Below are positions 8,911 to 16,941 of a stretch of 43,534 bases of DNA, one piece after another (position 1 is the stretch's first letter; each line of letters begins with the position of its first letter). The stretch comes from a virus. Taxonomy: Duplodnaviria > Caudoviricetes. The notes beneath the pieces were generated by a model, which saw only the letters and a list, made by a program, of their open reading frames with translations, was not told where the DNA came from and searched no databases. The stretch is from positions 1-43,534 of the IMG/VR virus record IMGVR_UViG_3300022670_000308, one strand, 5' to 3'. Both the position numbers and the translations under genes were made by a program.

Positions 8911-8935
8911 CCCCTGTATCTTAGCTTATATGGTG

Positions 8936-9124
8936 CTAAGATTCAAGTTTAACCCGATTGTTCCATGCATCTACCGCTTCCTTCTCAGGTTTATCAAACC
9001 CAATACACGGACCATCTGCCTCACAATCATTACAAGTAACCCATCCGTTTGAACCTCCTGAGTCACCACCTATAGATACGCGTGCTTCACCACCACAAAA
9101 AGGACATGATTTTAACTTGCTCAT
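8936..9124 (-). CDS. lar: Lar family restriction-alleviation protein
   Basis: LKSCPFCGGEA...CNDCEA.GP...AVDAWNNR signature. Confidence 0.85.
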   Translation of the reverse strand: MSKLKSCPFCGGEARVSIGGDSGGSNGWVTCNDCEADGPCIGFDKPEKEAVDAWNNRVKLES

Positions 9125-9156
9125 AACTCACCCTTAATTAATTGATTTGCATGTAA

Positions 9157-9360
9157 CTAATCGATGTAAGATTTAGCAACTAACTCACACTCATTGCCCT
9201 GGTTATCGTAAAATTTAATAAATCCGGTTTTAGTTGCCCTTACGCTAAACTTAGCCTTTTGAGTTTCCACCGAAATAATCACAGCGCCTTTTTTATCTTC
9301 GCAAGTTCGTGTCACAGATATGGCGACGAAATTAAATCCAAACTCTGTTGTTTTACTCAT
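9157..9360 (-). CDS. Hypothetical protein
   Basis: ORF with AGGTGAG RBS. Confidence 0.6.
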   Translation of the reverse strand: MSKTTEFGFNFVAISVTRTCEDKKGAVIISVETQKAKFSVRATKTGFIKFYDNQGNECELVAKSYID

Positions 9361-9568
9361 GATCTCACCTGTTTAACCCGTAACTGACCAGCGTTAATTC
9401 ATCGAATTAAAAACACATAATCCTTAATATCTGTTTTTATCCAGCCAACAAACTTACCGCGGTAAACCTCTAATTGCTGATCCTTTTCAATCGCTTTTTT
9501 TAGTTTTGGAAATGAATTAATCATGTTGTTACCTTGTTTAGTCGTTATTTCTAACGACTGCTTGCTGG

Positions 9569-9763
9569 TTAATATAGATTGTCAGCATGTTTCTCAGCCA
9601 ATTGTTTAGCTTTACCTACCTGATCTAAATTATCAACACTACTTATAGATAGTAGCTCTTGAATCTCCTTAAATTCAGTTTCAAAGAAGTTAATTACATC
9701 TGTCAATTTGTCATGCTGTTCGTCTTCAAACATATCTAAAATATCTTGCCTTTTCATTGCCAT
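9569..9763 (-). CDS. Hypothetical protein
   Basis: Helical acidic ORF with AAGGA RBS. Confidence 0.6.
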   Translation of the reverse strand: MAMKRQDILDMFEDEQHDKLTDVINFFETEFKEIQELLSISSVDNLDQVGKAKQLAEKHADNLY

Positions 9764-9777
9764 TCCTTTTTTTATTA

Positions 9778-9910
9778 CAGTTTAAATTGTTGACGCCTGT
9801 TTGGTGCGAGATATTCACCCCGCCGCTAGAAACACAAATGAAATATTTGTTAGTTGGGTTCGCGGCGCTTTTCCTCGTTGAGTTGTCTTAGGCGCCAACA
9901 ATTTAAACTG
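9778..9910 (-). ncRNA. Multibranched stem-closed intergenic RNA module
   Basis: 21-bp inverted repeat 9778-9798 / 9890-9910 (one G-U on the minus strand) with inner stems. Confidence 0.5.
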
Positions 9911-9939
9911 CTGTTGTTTGCCGGTTGCCCGGCGTTAGA

Positions 9940-10647
9940 TTAATAGTTAATTGTCGCTTTGGGCAGTACGCCCTTGGCCAGTAGGTTAACAACCTTACGC
10001 CCATGCTCATCACTCAAGCCATGTTCAACAAGAACGCTAAGTATTGCATTGTGTGCATCCTTTTGGTTTTGTGCATCTGCTGCACGATGTGCATTTTCAA
10101 GCTCAAGCTTCTGTCGCTCGTCTTCCTGGCGTTGAATTTCTTGGTTCTTGGCGCGCTCTGCTGCTTGATCCTCCCTTGCTTGCTGTTCTGTCTTTAGAGT
10201 TTCAGACTCAACCTTTGCGTCCAATGCTCTTTTGTCAAATTCGGAATCAAATTTATCATTCATCAGCAATGCAAATTCGTGATCAGCTTCAAGCTTTACG
10301 GTATCCTCAATGGCTTTCTTTCGCGCCTTTTCTTCAGCCAACACCTTTGCTCGCTCTGTGTTGTATTCGTCAATCAATAGCGTAAATGGCTTGTTTGCAG
10401 CGACCAACCGATCAGTTATAGACTTGGCTTCGTTACTAACATCGCTTTTGTATTTAGCTGACTTGTCTATGCGCGCACGGTCGACCTTTTTTATTAGATC
10501 GCTTATCTTCTTTGATCCGTCCTTCACGTACTTTCGTTCAGGTGCGTTATTCATATCGACATAAAGCCCTTTGTAACTGGCCGCTTCAACTTCCAGTACT
10601 GAAAGGTGATCTTCTGTCGTTAAATCTTTAAATAGTACAACTTCCAT
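9940..10647 (-). CDS. Coiled-coil early protein next to the recombinase
   Basis: E/K/A/R-rich helical protein coupled to the SSAP gene, as in lambdoid recombination regions. Confidence 0.7.
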   Translation of the reverse strand: MEVVLFKDLTTEDHLSVLEVEAASYKGLYVDMNNAPERKYVKDGSKKISDLIKKVDRARIDKSAKYKSDVSNEAKSITDRLVAANKPFTLLIDEYNTERAKVLAEEKARKKAIEDTVKLEADHEFALLMNDKFDSEFDKRALDAKVESETLKTEQQAREDQAAERAKNQEIQRQEDERQKLELENAHRAADAQNQKDAHNAILSVLVEHGLSDEHGRKVVNLLAKGVLPKATINY

Positions 10648-11210
10648 TAGTAACCCTCTTTGATAAATAATTGTATTTTTGTTTTGTAAACCGAGTCCGT
10701 TATTTGGTCCAGGATTTTCACATCTTCCTTACCAGCATTAATCCAGGTCATATCCGTATCATTTGGTGCTGACTTATTGAATTCATCATTCATCATTTGA
10801 ACGTATTTATGATCATCAAATAACCCCATGAATACATCAGCATTAAATCCAAGCTTACTTAATGCCTTTGTCAGCGCGTCAGTTTCTACCTTTTTGGCAA
10901 AGTCGGCATCTGGCTTAGTCTGCGCTCCATCTTTGTATGCGCTAATTGATGACGTTATTGGAAACTCACCGTTAGGAAAGTAAAACACGCCATTAAAAAC
11001 AACTATTCCAGTCTTTTCTAGCATGCTGTAATCAAATTCTGCGACCTTAAAACCCCACTTTGAACCATAGGATCCAAACTGTTCAGTAGCATTCTTAATT
11101 TGCTGCTGTGGAGCTATGGCAGTTATCTTATTTCCTCTGACGTTGGCGGATTTTGTGTGAGCCGGGTTTGTCTTTTCGACCTTGTTCCACAACTCTAAGT
11201 TATTTGACAT
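10647..11210 (-). CDS. Sak/Rad52-like single-strand annealing protein
   Basis: ATEQFGSYGSKWG and KKVETDALTKALSKLGFNADVFMG motifs. Confidence 0.75.
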   Translation of the reverse strand: MSNNLELWNKVEKTNPAHTKSANVRGNKITAIAPQQQIKNATEQFGSYGSKWGFKVAEFDYSMLEKTGIVVFNGVFYFPNGEFPITSSISAYKDGAQTKPDADFAKKVETDALTKALSKLGFNADVFMGLFDDHKYVQMMNDEFNKSAPNDTDMTWINAGKEDVKILDQITDSVYKTKIQLFIKEGY

Positions 11211-11347
11211 CTAAATGATCCAACTCTTGTGATTTAAGCCATTCAATCGCGTAATGTTCCGGTGAGGTTAACTCGTCACCTTTAAACTCTTTGTGAACCT
11301 TATCCTCTTTACCGTTTGAGTCGTCAAAGATTGTTATTACTATCGAT

Positions 11348-11695
11348 CTACCTTTCATGATTTTCTACCCCCCTTGCTTGCTCTTGCTCATGCGCCCTTG
11401 GTGCTGTGTAAACATCATTAGCATGAGTCCCGCCCAATGTTTCTCCTGACATGTACCTGAGTACAGATTCAAGACCGTTTAACATTTGCATTAGCTGAAA
11501 TGAGACATTAATAAATGCAAACAACTTGAAGTGGTCATATTTATTAGTTAAATCCAGAAGTCTTAAATCACCAGTTAAACGACCTTGGCATTCTTTGACG
11601 TCAACTATGGCAGTCTCGCAATCTTCCTTGCTTGCAAATGTAGGAATATTTGGAGCCATCCACGTTGGTGTTAAATTGTACTTTATCTTGCCCAT
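11348..11695 (-). CDS. Hypothetical protein
   Basis: ORF in the leftward early operon. Confidence 0.6.
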   Translation of the reverse strand: MGKIKYNLTPTWMAPNIPTFASKEDCETAIVDVKECQGRLTGDLRLLDLTNKYDHFKLFAFINVSFQLMQMLNGLESVLRYMSGETLGGTHANDVYTAPRAHEQEQARGVENHER

Positions 11696-11700
11696 ACCGC

Positions 11701-11955
11701 TTACCCCTTTACCCTATATTTAAACTCGTCAAACTGTTCTTTTGTCAATTCAAGAACAACGTTAAAATCTTCTGTTGTGCAACTTACTGCGTGAGTATTA
11801 AAACCAAGCGCTTCAGGATTTACTTTATATGTAGTAATTTCAAGGCAACGAAGAACACCTAAAAAAATACTCCAAGCAGTAGCGCCTTCATTTCGACTCA
11901 AACCCATCATAAAAACGTCTAACTCGTTAAATTTATGGAATTTACTTACGTTCAT
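11701..11955 (-). CDS. Hypothetical protein
   Basis: ORF in the leftward early operon. Confidence 0.6.
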   Translation of the reverse strand: MNVSKFHKFNELDVFMMGLSRNEGATAWSIFLGVLRCLEITTYKVNPEALGFNTHAVSCTTEDFNVVLELTKEQFDEFKYRVKG

Positions 11956-12173
11956 AATTAACCCTTTCTATTTGATAGGCACCCACGCCCACACTGATTT
12001 AATATTCTGCAACAAAGGCTAGCTTTCAATTGATTATTGCAAGTGAAGCCGGAAACCTCGACTAGCTTACCGTCACGCATAACCATTTCATAAACGTTCG
12101 GCTTTCCTGTTTTGCTATAGTAACGATTCATGATGCTGCTCCGTTGTTGCTCTACTACTGACTAAACCCCAAC

Positions 12174-12467
12174 CTAGGTGATTAGTGACTGTTTTTCCAG
12201 ACGTAAATAATCACTTACGTATTGATCTGCCCAGTCTGACGCGTTACCGGCGGCGGAGTGACACTTGTTATTGTGATGAATGGCTGAGTAGAGGGCAGAT
12301 TTAGCTGCTTGGCTAGCAGATCTCAACTGATCACTATGGATGATTGAGAACGAACAAGTAGCTTTAAAAGAGTTTTCTTTAAGCTGCTCGACACTTACGC
12401 TGGTTTTCTCATTTAGCCACTTTATAACCAGAGATACAGTTTGGCTTTCCGTTAGTTTATCTGTCAT
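12174..12467 (-). CDS. Hypothetical protein
   Basis: ORF with purine-rich RBS. Confidence 0.6.
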   Translation of the reverse strand: MTDKLTESQTVSLVIKWLNEKTSVSVEQLKENSFKATCSFSIIHSDQLRSASQAAKSALYSAIHHNNKCHSAAGNASDWADQYVSDYLRLEKQSLIT

Positions 12468-12551
12468 TTTTCTTCTCTTTAGTTACTGCGTTGTTAGCGC
12501 CCTTGTACTGGCTAACCCGCAATCAAGCGGGTCGGTTATGGCATGTTATTA

Positions 12552-12731
12552 TTAACTATTCTTTGCGTTATACACCCGTATATACTTCCCTTTTGACATT
12601 GAAACATACTTACCTAACTTTAAAAGACGAGCAGTTTTTACTTGTTTGATTTTTCTTGCTGGCTGATTTTTGTTTGATAATGTGATTGCGAATGATAAAA
12701 GCCCTTGAGCAATATTTTTTTCGTAAGTCAT
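12552..12731 (-). CDS. 59-aa basic protein, first gene of the leftward operon
   Basis: MTYEKNIAQG...ARKIKQVKTARLLK...NAKNS; downstream of a TTGCAC-N17-TAATAT promoter-like site. Confidence 0.55.
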   Translation of the reverse strand: MTYEKNIAQGLLSFAITLSNKNQPARKIKQVKTARLLKLGKYVSMSKGKYIRVYNAKNS

Positions 12732-12739
12732 TTCGTTAA

Positions 12740-13030
12740 TCTCTCTGGTTGTTTAGTTGCTGCGTTTCGATGAGTTTATATTAATTGATACATTGAGATT
12801 GTGCAAGTATATTTGCATATTTATTTAATGCATTTGTTTATGCCCCTTTTACTTGCTTTATATAGGTGTTTAATTTATTATTATGGCTCTTGTGAATGGT
12901 TATATTAAATTGCACTGGCAATACCAGTAAGTAAATCAACTGAGGATATAGAAATGTAAACAAGGACTAAAGACCCTACCAACAAACTGCTTAATTGCGG
13001 CTTTTTGGGTATTAAATATAAATAAGGTGT
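12740..13030. promoter_or_regulatory. Divergent early control region
   Basis: AT-rich gap between divergent operons with sigma70-like boxes, a minigene and a hairpin. Confidence 0.65.
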
Positions 13031-13034
13031 GAAT

Positions 13035-13214
13035 ATGTCAGAAAAAGTTAAGAGCGTTAATTTACGGGTTAGCATGGATACAAAGGAAAAGCTTGTTGCT
13101 CTATCCAAGGTTAGAAAGAAAGCTGAAAGGCTGGACGCATCACAGAAAAACATTATCAAGGGGCTAGTCGATGCTGCACATAAAAAAGAGGTCGAGAATG
13201 CTAAATCTATTTAA
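13035..13214 (+). CDS. Putative ribbon-helix-helix DNA-binding protein
   Basis: KSVNLRVSMDTKEKLVALS...SQKNIIKGLV strand-helix-helix pattern. Confidence 0.55.
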   Translation: MSEKVKSVNLRVSMDTKEKLVALSKVRKKAERLDASQKNIIKGLVDAAHKKEVENAKSI

Positions 13215-13301
13215 TAAGCACAAGAACAACTTATACATGGGCTTTGTATTTATTATTGTTTTATGCGCCGAGTCTTTCGTTAATTTATTGCAAGGGGCGC
13301 T

Positions 13302-13598
13302 GTGATGAGCAAGTTAACAGACAATCAGATAATAGAAACCATAAAAGCTTGTTCTGGGGTTCACTCAATCGCTTGGGCAAAGGAAACAAATTGCACTGAC
13401 GATCAGGTTTTTTGTGAGCATAACGGAACATCCACAGGTAAAATTTCCAACGCGTTTGATTTAGATATAAACAATACCCGAAAGATACTAAACAAGCTAG
13501 CTGAACGAGGACTGATACGAAAAAGCAAGGATAATGGCGGCAAACAATGTTTGTGGTGGCCTGTTGGGTATTTGGCCGAACTTAAAGGGGGTTTGTGA
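13302..13598 (+). CDS. Winged-helix-like protein
   Basis: STGKISNAFDLDINNTRKILNKLAERGLIRK. Confidence 0.6.
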   Translation: MMSKLTDNQIIETIKACSGVHSIAWAKETNCTDDQVFCEHNGTSTGKISNAFDLDINNTRKILNKLAERGLIRKSKDNGGKQCLWWPVGYLAELKGGL

Positions 13599-14014
13599 TG
13601 AGCGCTCTTGTATACACAGGACAAGTGTTAGAATTTACATACCCGTTTCATGATCAGTTCGTTGATATGTGGCAGGGCAAAAAGCAAACAATGCTTACGC
13701 CTGGTTGCCATAAATCAGAAGAGGATGACGGGAGCGGATACGGAACATCAATATACTGGACGGCAAATTGTGAAGGTAAAATTGTTTTTGAAGTTTTATC
13801 AATAGCCGAAATGCCCGGTAAATATATGGACCGTGTAATTGTTAAAAAACATTACTTAAAGCCTTGCGGTGAAAAATTAAGTCGGGGCGATGTAGTTATG
13901 ATGACCGATGGCAAATTGAAACGGTATATAGATGATCAAACAGTCTTTCCTTGGGAGTATGAAGTTGATGAAAGTTTCACGGCAGATAAGCCCACCTATC
14001 AATCACACTTTTAA
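13595..14014 (+). CDS. Hypothetical protein
   Basis: Coupled 139-aa ORF. Confidence 0.65.
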   Translation: MMSALVYTGQVLEFTYPFHDQFVDMWQGKKQTMLTPGCHKSEEDDGSGYGTSIYWTANCEGKIVFEVLSIAEMPGKYMDRVIVKKHYLKPCGEKLSRGDVVMMTDGKLKRYIDDQTVFPWEYEVDESFTADKPTYQSHF

Positions 14015-14038
14015 TTGCAGTTAAGGAGTAACAAAATA

Positions 14039-14239
14039 ATGAAACATAACATAGTTGAATTTGACGGTTCAAATTACCAAGCACAGCCAGTTAATCGGGA
14101 TGTTCATTGCTGCCATGATTGTGATTTTTATGACCACCAAGTCGAATCATGCATTAATCGTCGTGCACCATGCATGCCGCGTGAACGAGAAGACGGCACA
14201 GATGTTATTTACAAGATAATACCAGTTAAGGAATTATAA
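14039..14239 (+). CDS. Small Cys-rich protein
   Basis: AAGGAG RBS; CCHDCDF...C...C...REDG. Confidence 0.6.
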   Translation: MKHNIVEFDGSNYQAQPVNRDVHCCHDCDFYDHQVESCINRRAPCMPREREDGTDVIYKIIPVKEL

Positions 14240-14547
14240 TGACCAACATGATTGATGGCTTAAAAGCAATTGTTAGAAATAACGAATACAATCCCCTGTC
14301 ATCAAAAGAGAAAACAAAACGGTTACTTTCTTATGACGCAGAAAAAAGAAGAGGGGCAATACTGGATATAATTTCATCGTCATTCAAATCCTGCAAGGAA
14401 ATAAGCGAGGAATGTGATTTTGCATTATGCACCATAAATAAAGATTTACGTTATATGCTTGATAACAATATCGTTGAACATAAAATTATGAAGGTTAAAA
14501 TGAAAATAAACCGTAACATAGACTTTTACAAGAAAATTAATCGTTAA
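14239..14547 (+). CDS. HTH-like protein
   Basis: SCKEISEECDFALCTINKDLRYM HTH pattern. Confidence 0.6.
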   Translation: MTNMIDGLKAIVRNNEYNPLSSKEKTKRLLSYDAEKRRGAILDIISSSFKSCKEISEECDFALCTINKDLRYMLDNNIVEHKIMKVKMKINRNIDFYKKINR

Positions 14548-14568
14548 ATATAATAACCTGGGTAAAAC

Positions 14569-14594
14569 AAAGCCAGTCATCACGCTGGCTTTTT
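14569..14594. terminator. Intrinsic terminator between convergent operons
   Basis: AAAGCCAG-N8-CTGGCTTTTT. Confidence 0.75.
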
Positions 14595-14602
14595 AATGCG
14601 CT

Positions 14603-14836
14603 CTAAACGCCAATGTAAGCATAGTGAATAAAGCAAGCTATGCATCCTATAAACGTTATGACTTTACAGGCAGTAATGAAACGACAAGCTTGTTTATACG
14701 CTTCAAATAACTCGTTGTAACTTTGCACCCTCACAAATCTAAATGAACCCGCGTCTTTTTTTGTGCATCGATCCATATTGTCGGCGCTTGTTGGTCGCCA
14801 TACTTCTATATTATCGAATTCGTCTGTTGTTTTCAT
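14603..14836 (-). CDS. Hypothetical protein with C-terminal TM
   Basis: GAGG RBS; hydrophobic C-terminus. Confidence 0.55.
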   Translation of the reverse strand: MKTTDEFDNIEVWRPTSADNMDRCTKKDAGSFRFVRVQSYNELFEAYKQACRFITACKVITFIGCIACFIHYAYIGV

Positions 14837-14858
14837 TTTTGTTATACCCTCTTAACTG

Positions 14859-15215
14859 TTATAAATAAATGTGGCGACCAACCAATGAATGTCTAATTTT
14901 TTTCATTGATTCAATAAGAGTAAAAGCATCTTCGCTATTGTTAAAGCTGACCTCTCGATTACCCTTGGCGCATACCCTTTTATCGTTAACGGAAGATATT
15001 GACCATTCATACATAGGGATAGTGTAGTAATCGTTGATATGGTGGATTATTGCCAGGTTTACCCCGGATTTTTCGCAATCTGTTACATAACCAAGTATTT
15101 CTGTAACGCTACCTATATCTGCAGCCTGGCATATATGAGTAAAATTTGCATTGTGCATCTGCTTAACCAGAGACTTTGTTAACTTTCTCTTTGTTGTGAT
15201 TATTTCTATCTTCAT
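14859..15215 (-). CDS. Hypothetical protein
   Basis: 118-aa ORF with RBS. Confidence 0.65.
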   Translation of the reverse strand: MKIEIITTKRKLTKSLVKQMHNANFTHICQAADIGSVTEILGYVTDCEKSGVNLAIIHHINDYYTIPMYEWSISSVNDKRVCAKGNREVSFNNSEDAFTLIESMKKIRHSLVGRHIYL

Positions 15216-15232
15216 TGTTCTTACCCCTGTTA

Positions 15233-15511
15233 TTAAATAGCGATTATTGACAACACTGTCCAGTCATCTTGTAGGCCATAACTACCCGTTGGTAATTTAT
15301 AAGTAACCCTTACTCGCAAATCAAACCCCGTGTAAAGCAATGGCTTACCTGCTGCCCGTTGCAGTTTCCTGACGCTATTAACGCTAACAGTGTAGCCAGA
15401 AAGCTCCCTTGAATTATCGTCAAGAGTTTCTATTACGTGGCTTATCAAGTCACCCTCATTTATATTCATCCACTTCAATTCTTCATCTGAAACTGTTATT
15501 TCAATATTCAT
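15233..15511 (-). CDS. Hypothetical protein
   Basis: Likely start MNIEITV at 15511, just downstream of ncRNA copy 2. Confidence 0.6.
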   Translation of the reverse strand: MNIEITVSDEELKWMNINEGDLISHVIETLDDNSRELSGYTVSVNSVRKLQRAAGKPLLYTGFDLRVRVTYKLPTGSYGLQDDWTVLSIIAI

Positions 15512-15550
15512 CTGTAAACTCTTAATTAATTTTAAAAATAGGTCTCTTAT

Positions 15551-15780
15551 TGACCGTAACTGCAAGGATGGAGTCCCTAACCAGTAATCTCATATTCAAT
15601 AATACATAACAGTAATCAAGCATCAATTCACATCCAATGTTGGCAGATCAAACCATATACCTTGCAGAAAACTTGTTTATCGCGGTCTAACGTCATTATG
15701 TATTAAGATAAAACTTATTTGCTACTTTAAAAACTTAGCTAGTTATGCGGTTTGTTTACGATAGCGCCGGGAATATCGGC
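15551..15780 (-). ncRNA. Unidentified structured RNA, copy 2
   Basis: Homologous to 8191-8417 with covarying helices. Confidence 0.75.
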
Positions 15781-15804
15781 TATTTGGAGAGGAATTAAGG
15801 CAAT

Positions 15805-15920
15805 AAAAAAGGTAAAGTGAGTATCTCTGTTCGAAGCGGATTAATTAGATTAACCCCAGAAATACTTACTTTACCTTATCAATTATCTGGGCTTCGACTC
15901 CAAACAACAAGGTTATTATC
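15805..15920 (-). promoter_or_regulatory. Structured leader/attenuator B ending in a U-tract terminator
   Basis: 5' hairpin loop TCGAAGC is complementary to GCTTCGA in the loop of the stem 15809-15824 / 15862-15877, which is followed by T6. Confidence 0.6.
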
Positions 15921-15926
15921 TGTTAT

Positions 15927-16511
15927 TTAGGCAGAAGTTGCAAGCTGATTTCCCACCTTGACGTTATATGCTTTCTTCTTTCCATCCGGTGTATCTGAAA
16001 AATATAACTGTTCAGCAAATTGGTTTCCAGCTACCGATACGATAACCATCCAATGATTAGGCAACCCACAATCATCACCGGAATACTCCTGATAGTTAAC
16101 GCTTCTAACTTCGGTTATTTGGCCGTCTTTGAATTTAGGCTGTTGACTGTTAAAGCACATAAGTGCAACCTCTGCTTTAGCCTCTTTACCGGCTGCGCGA
16201 TCATATTCTTCCTTACCATCGTTTTCGGGGAAAAATATATCAATGCATTTTCCGTTAAATTCAGCCTTGTAAATCCAACCACTACCAACCGGTTTTGTAA
16301 GCCCTATCAATTCAAGCGCGCCAATTAATCCGTCAACGTCTATCCTAGGCACCTGTCTAATCCTGTAAAACAATATATCAAGGTCTTTGCGTCGGCCAAC
16401 CTTATACAGCACACCGCCAGTTAATGCTACGTGGCAACCGTACAGTGGCGCTATTGCTTCTATTTTGACTATTAACGCTATTGCGTCATCCATACCCCAA
16501 GTGTTCATCAT
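15927..16511 (-). CDS. Pol-beta-superfamily nucleotidyltransferase-like protein with extra C-terminal domain
   Basis: hhGG-x8-DLD plus a third Asp in CIDIF. Confidence 0.6.
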   Translation of the reverse strand: MMNTWGMDDAIALIVKIEAIAPLYGCHVALTGGVLYKVGRRKDLDILFYRIRQVPRIDVDGLIGALELIGLTKPVGSGWIYKAEFNGKCIDIFFPENDGKEEYDRAAGKEAKAEVALMCFNSQQPKFKDGQITEVRSVNYQEYSGDDCGLPNHWMVIVSVAGNQFAEQLYFSDTPDGKKKAYNVKVGNQLATSA

Positions 16512-16527
16512 TCGCCCTCTTTTGTAG

Positions 16528-16941
16528 CTAACTGTTATTGTAAATTTCTTGTGACTTTTTCTTGATCGACGTATCTATCCATTGCTTTAGCCGATTTAGG
16601 TACAGGGAAGGAGCGTCCATTTCAATCTCGGTAGCTGGTAACACTGGCCACCCCATTAGTTGGGCTCGCTTCTCCTTCCACTGCCTAACATGCCAGCGCT
16701 GCATCTGGCCGTGTTTAGTCAAGAATGGAACAAATTCCTTTACGGCCTCTGTAATGCAGTCAGCCATAAGTCCATGCTCCTTGTAATGGTACGCACAACT
16801 GCAATTATCAGCTTTAATTGTCGTAGGTAACGGACAACCAGCATGTGAGCAGTTCGGCCACTCAGCGGCTCGTGCATACTCTTTGTTTTTGTTGCTGCCT
16901 TGATTCTTCAACCCCTTAACAAGATCTTCTGCGTAACTCAT
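16528..16941 (-). CDS. Hypothetical Cys/His-containing protein in the replication region
   Basis: CSHAGC...CAYH; coupled to the upstream gene. Confidence 0.6.
   Translation of the reverse strand: MSYAEDLVKGLKNQGSNKNKEYARAAEWPNCSHAGCPLPTTIKADNCSCAYHYKEHGLMADCITEAVKEFVPFLTKHGQMQRWHVRQWKEKRAQLMGWPVLPATEIEMDAPSLYLNRLKQWIDTSIKKKSQEIYNNS

Noticed and set aside
15551-15780. Duplicated element as a DGR template/variable repeat pair or retron msr-msd
   Set aside because: No reverse transcriptase is visible in the genome, the differences are not adenine-specific, and neither copy lies in a coding region.
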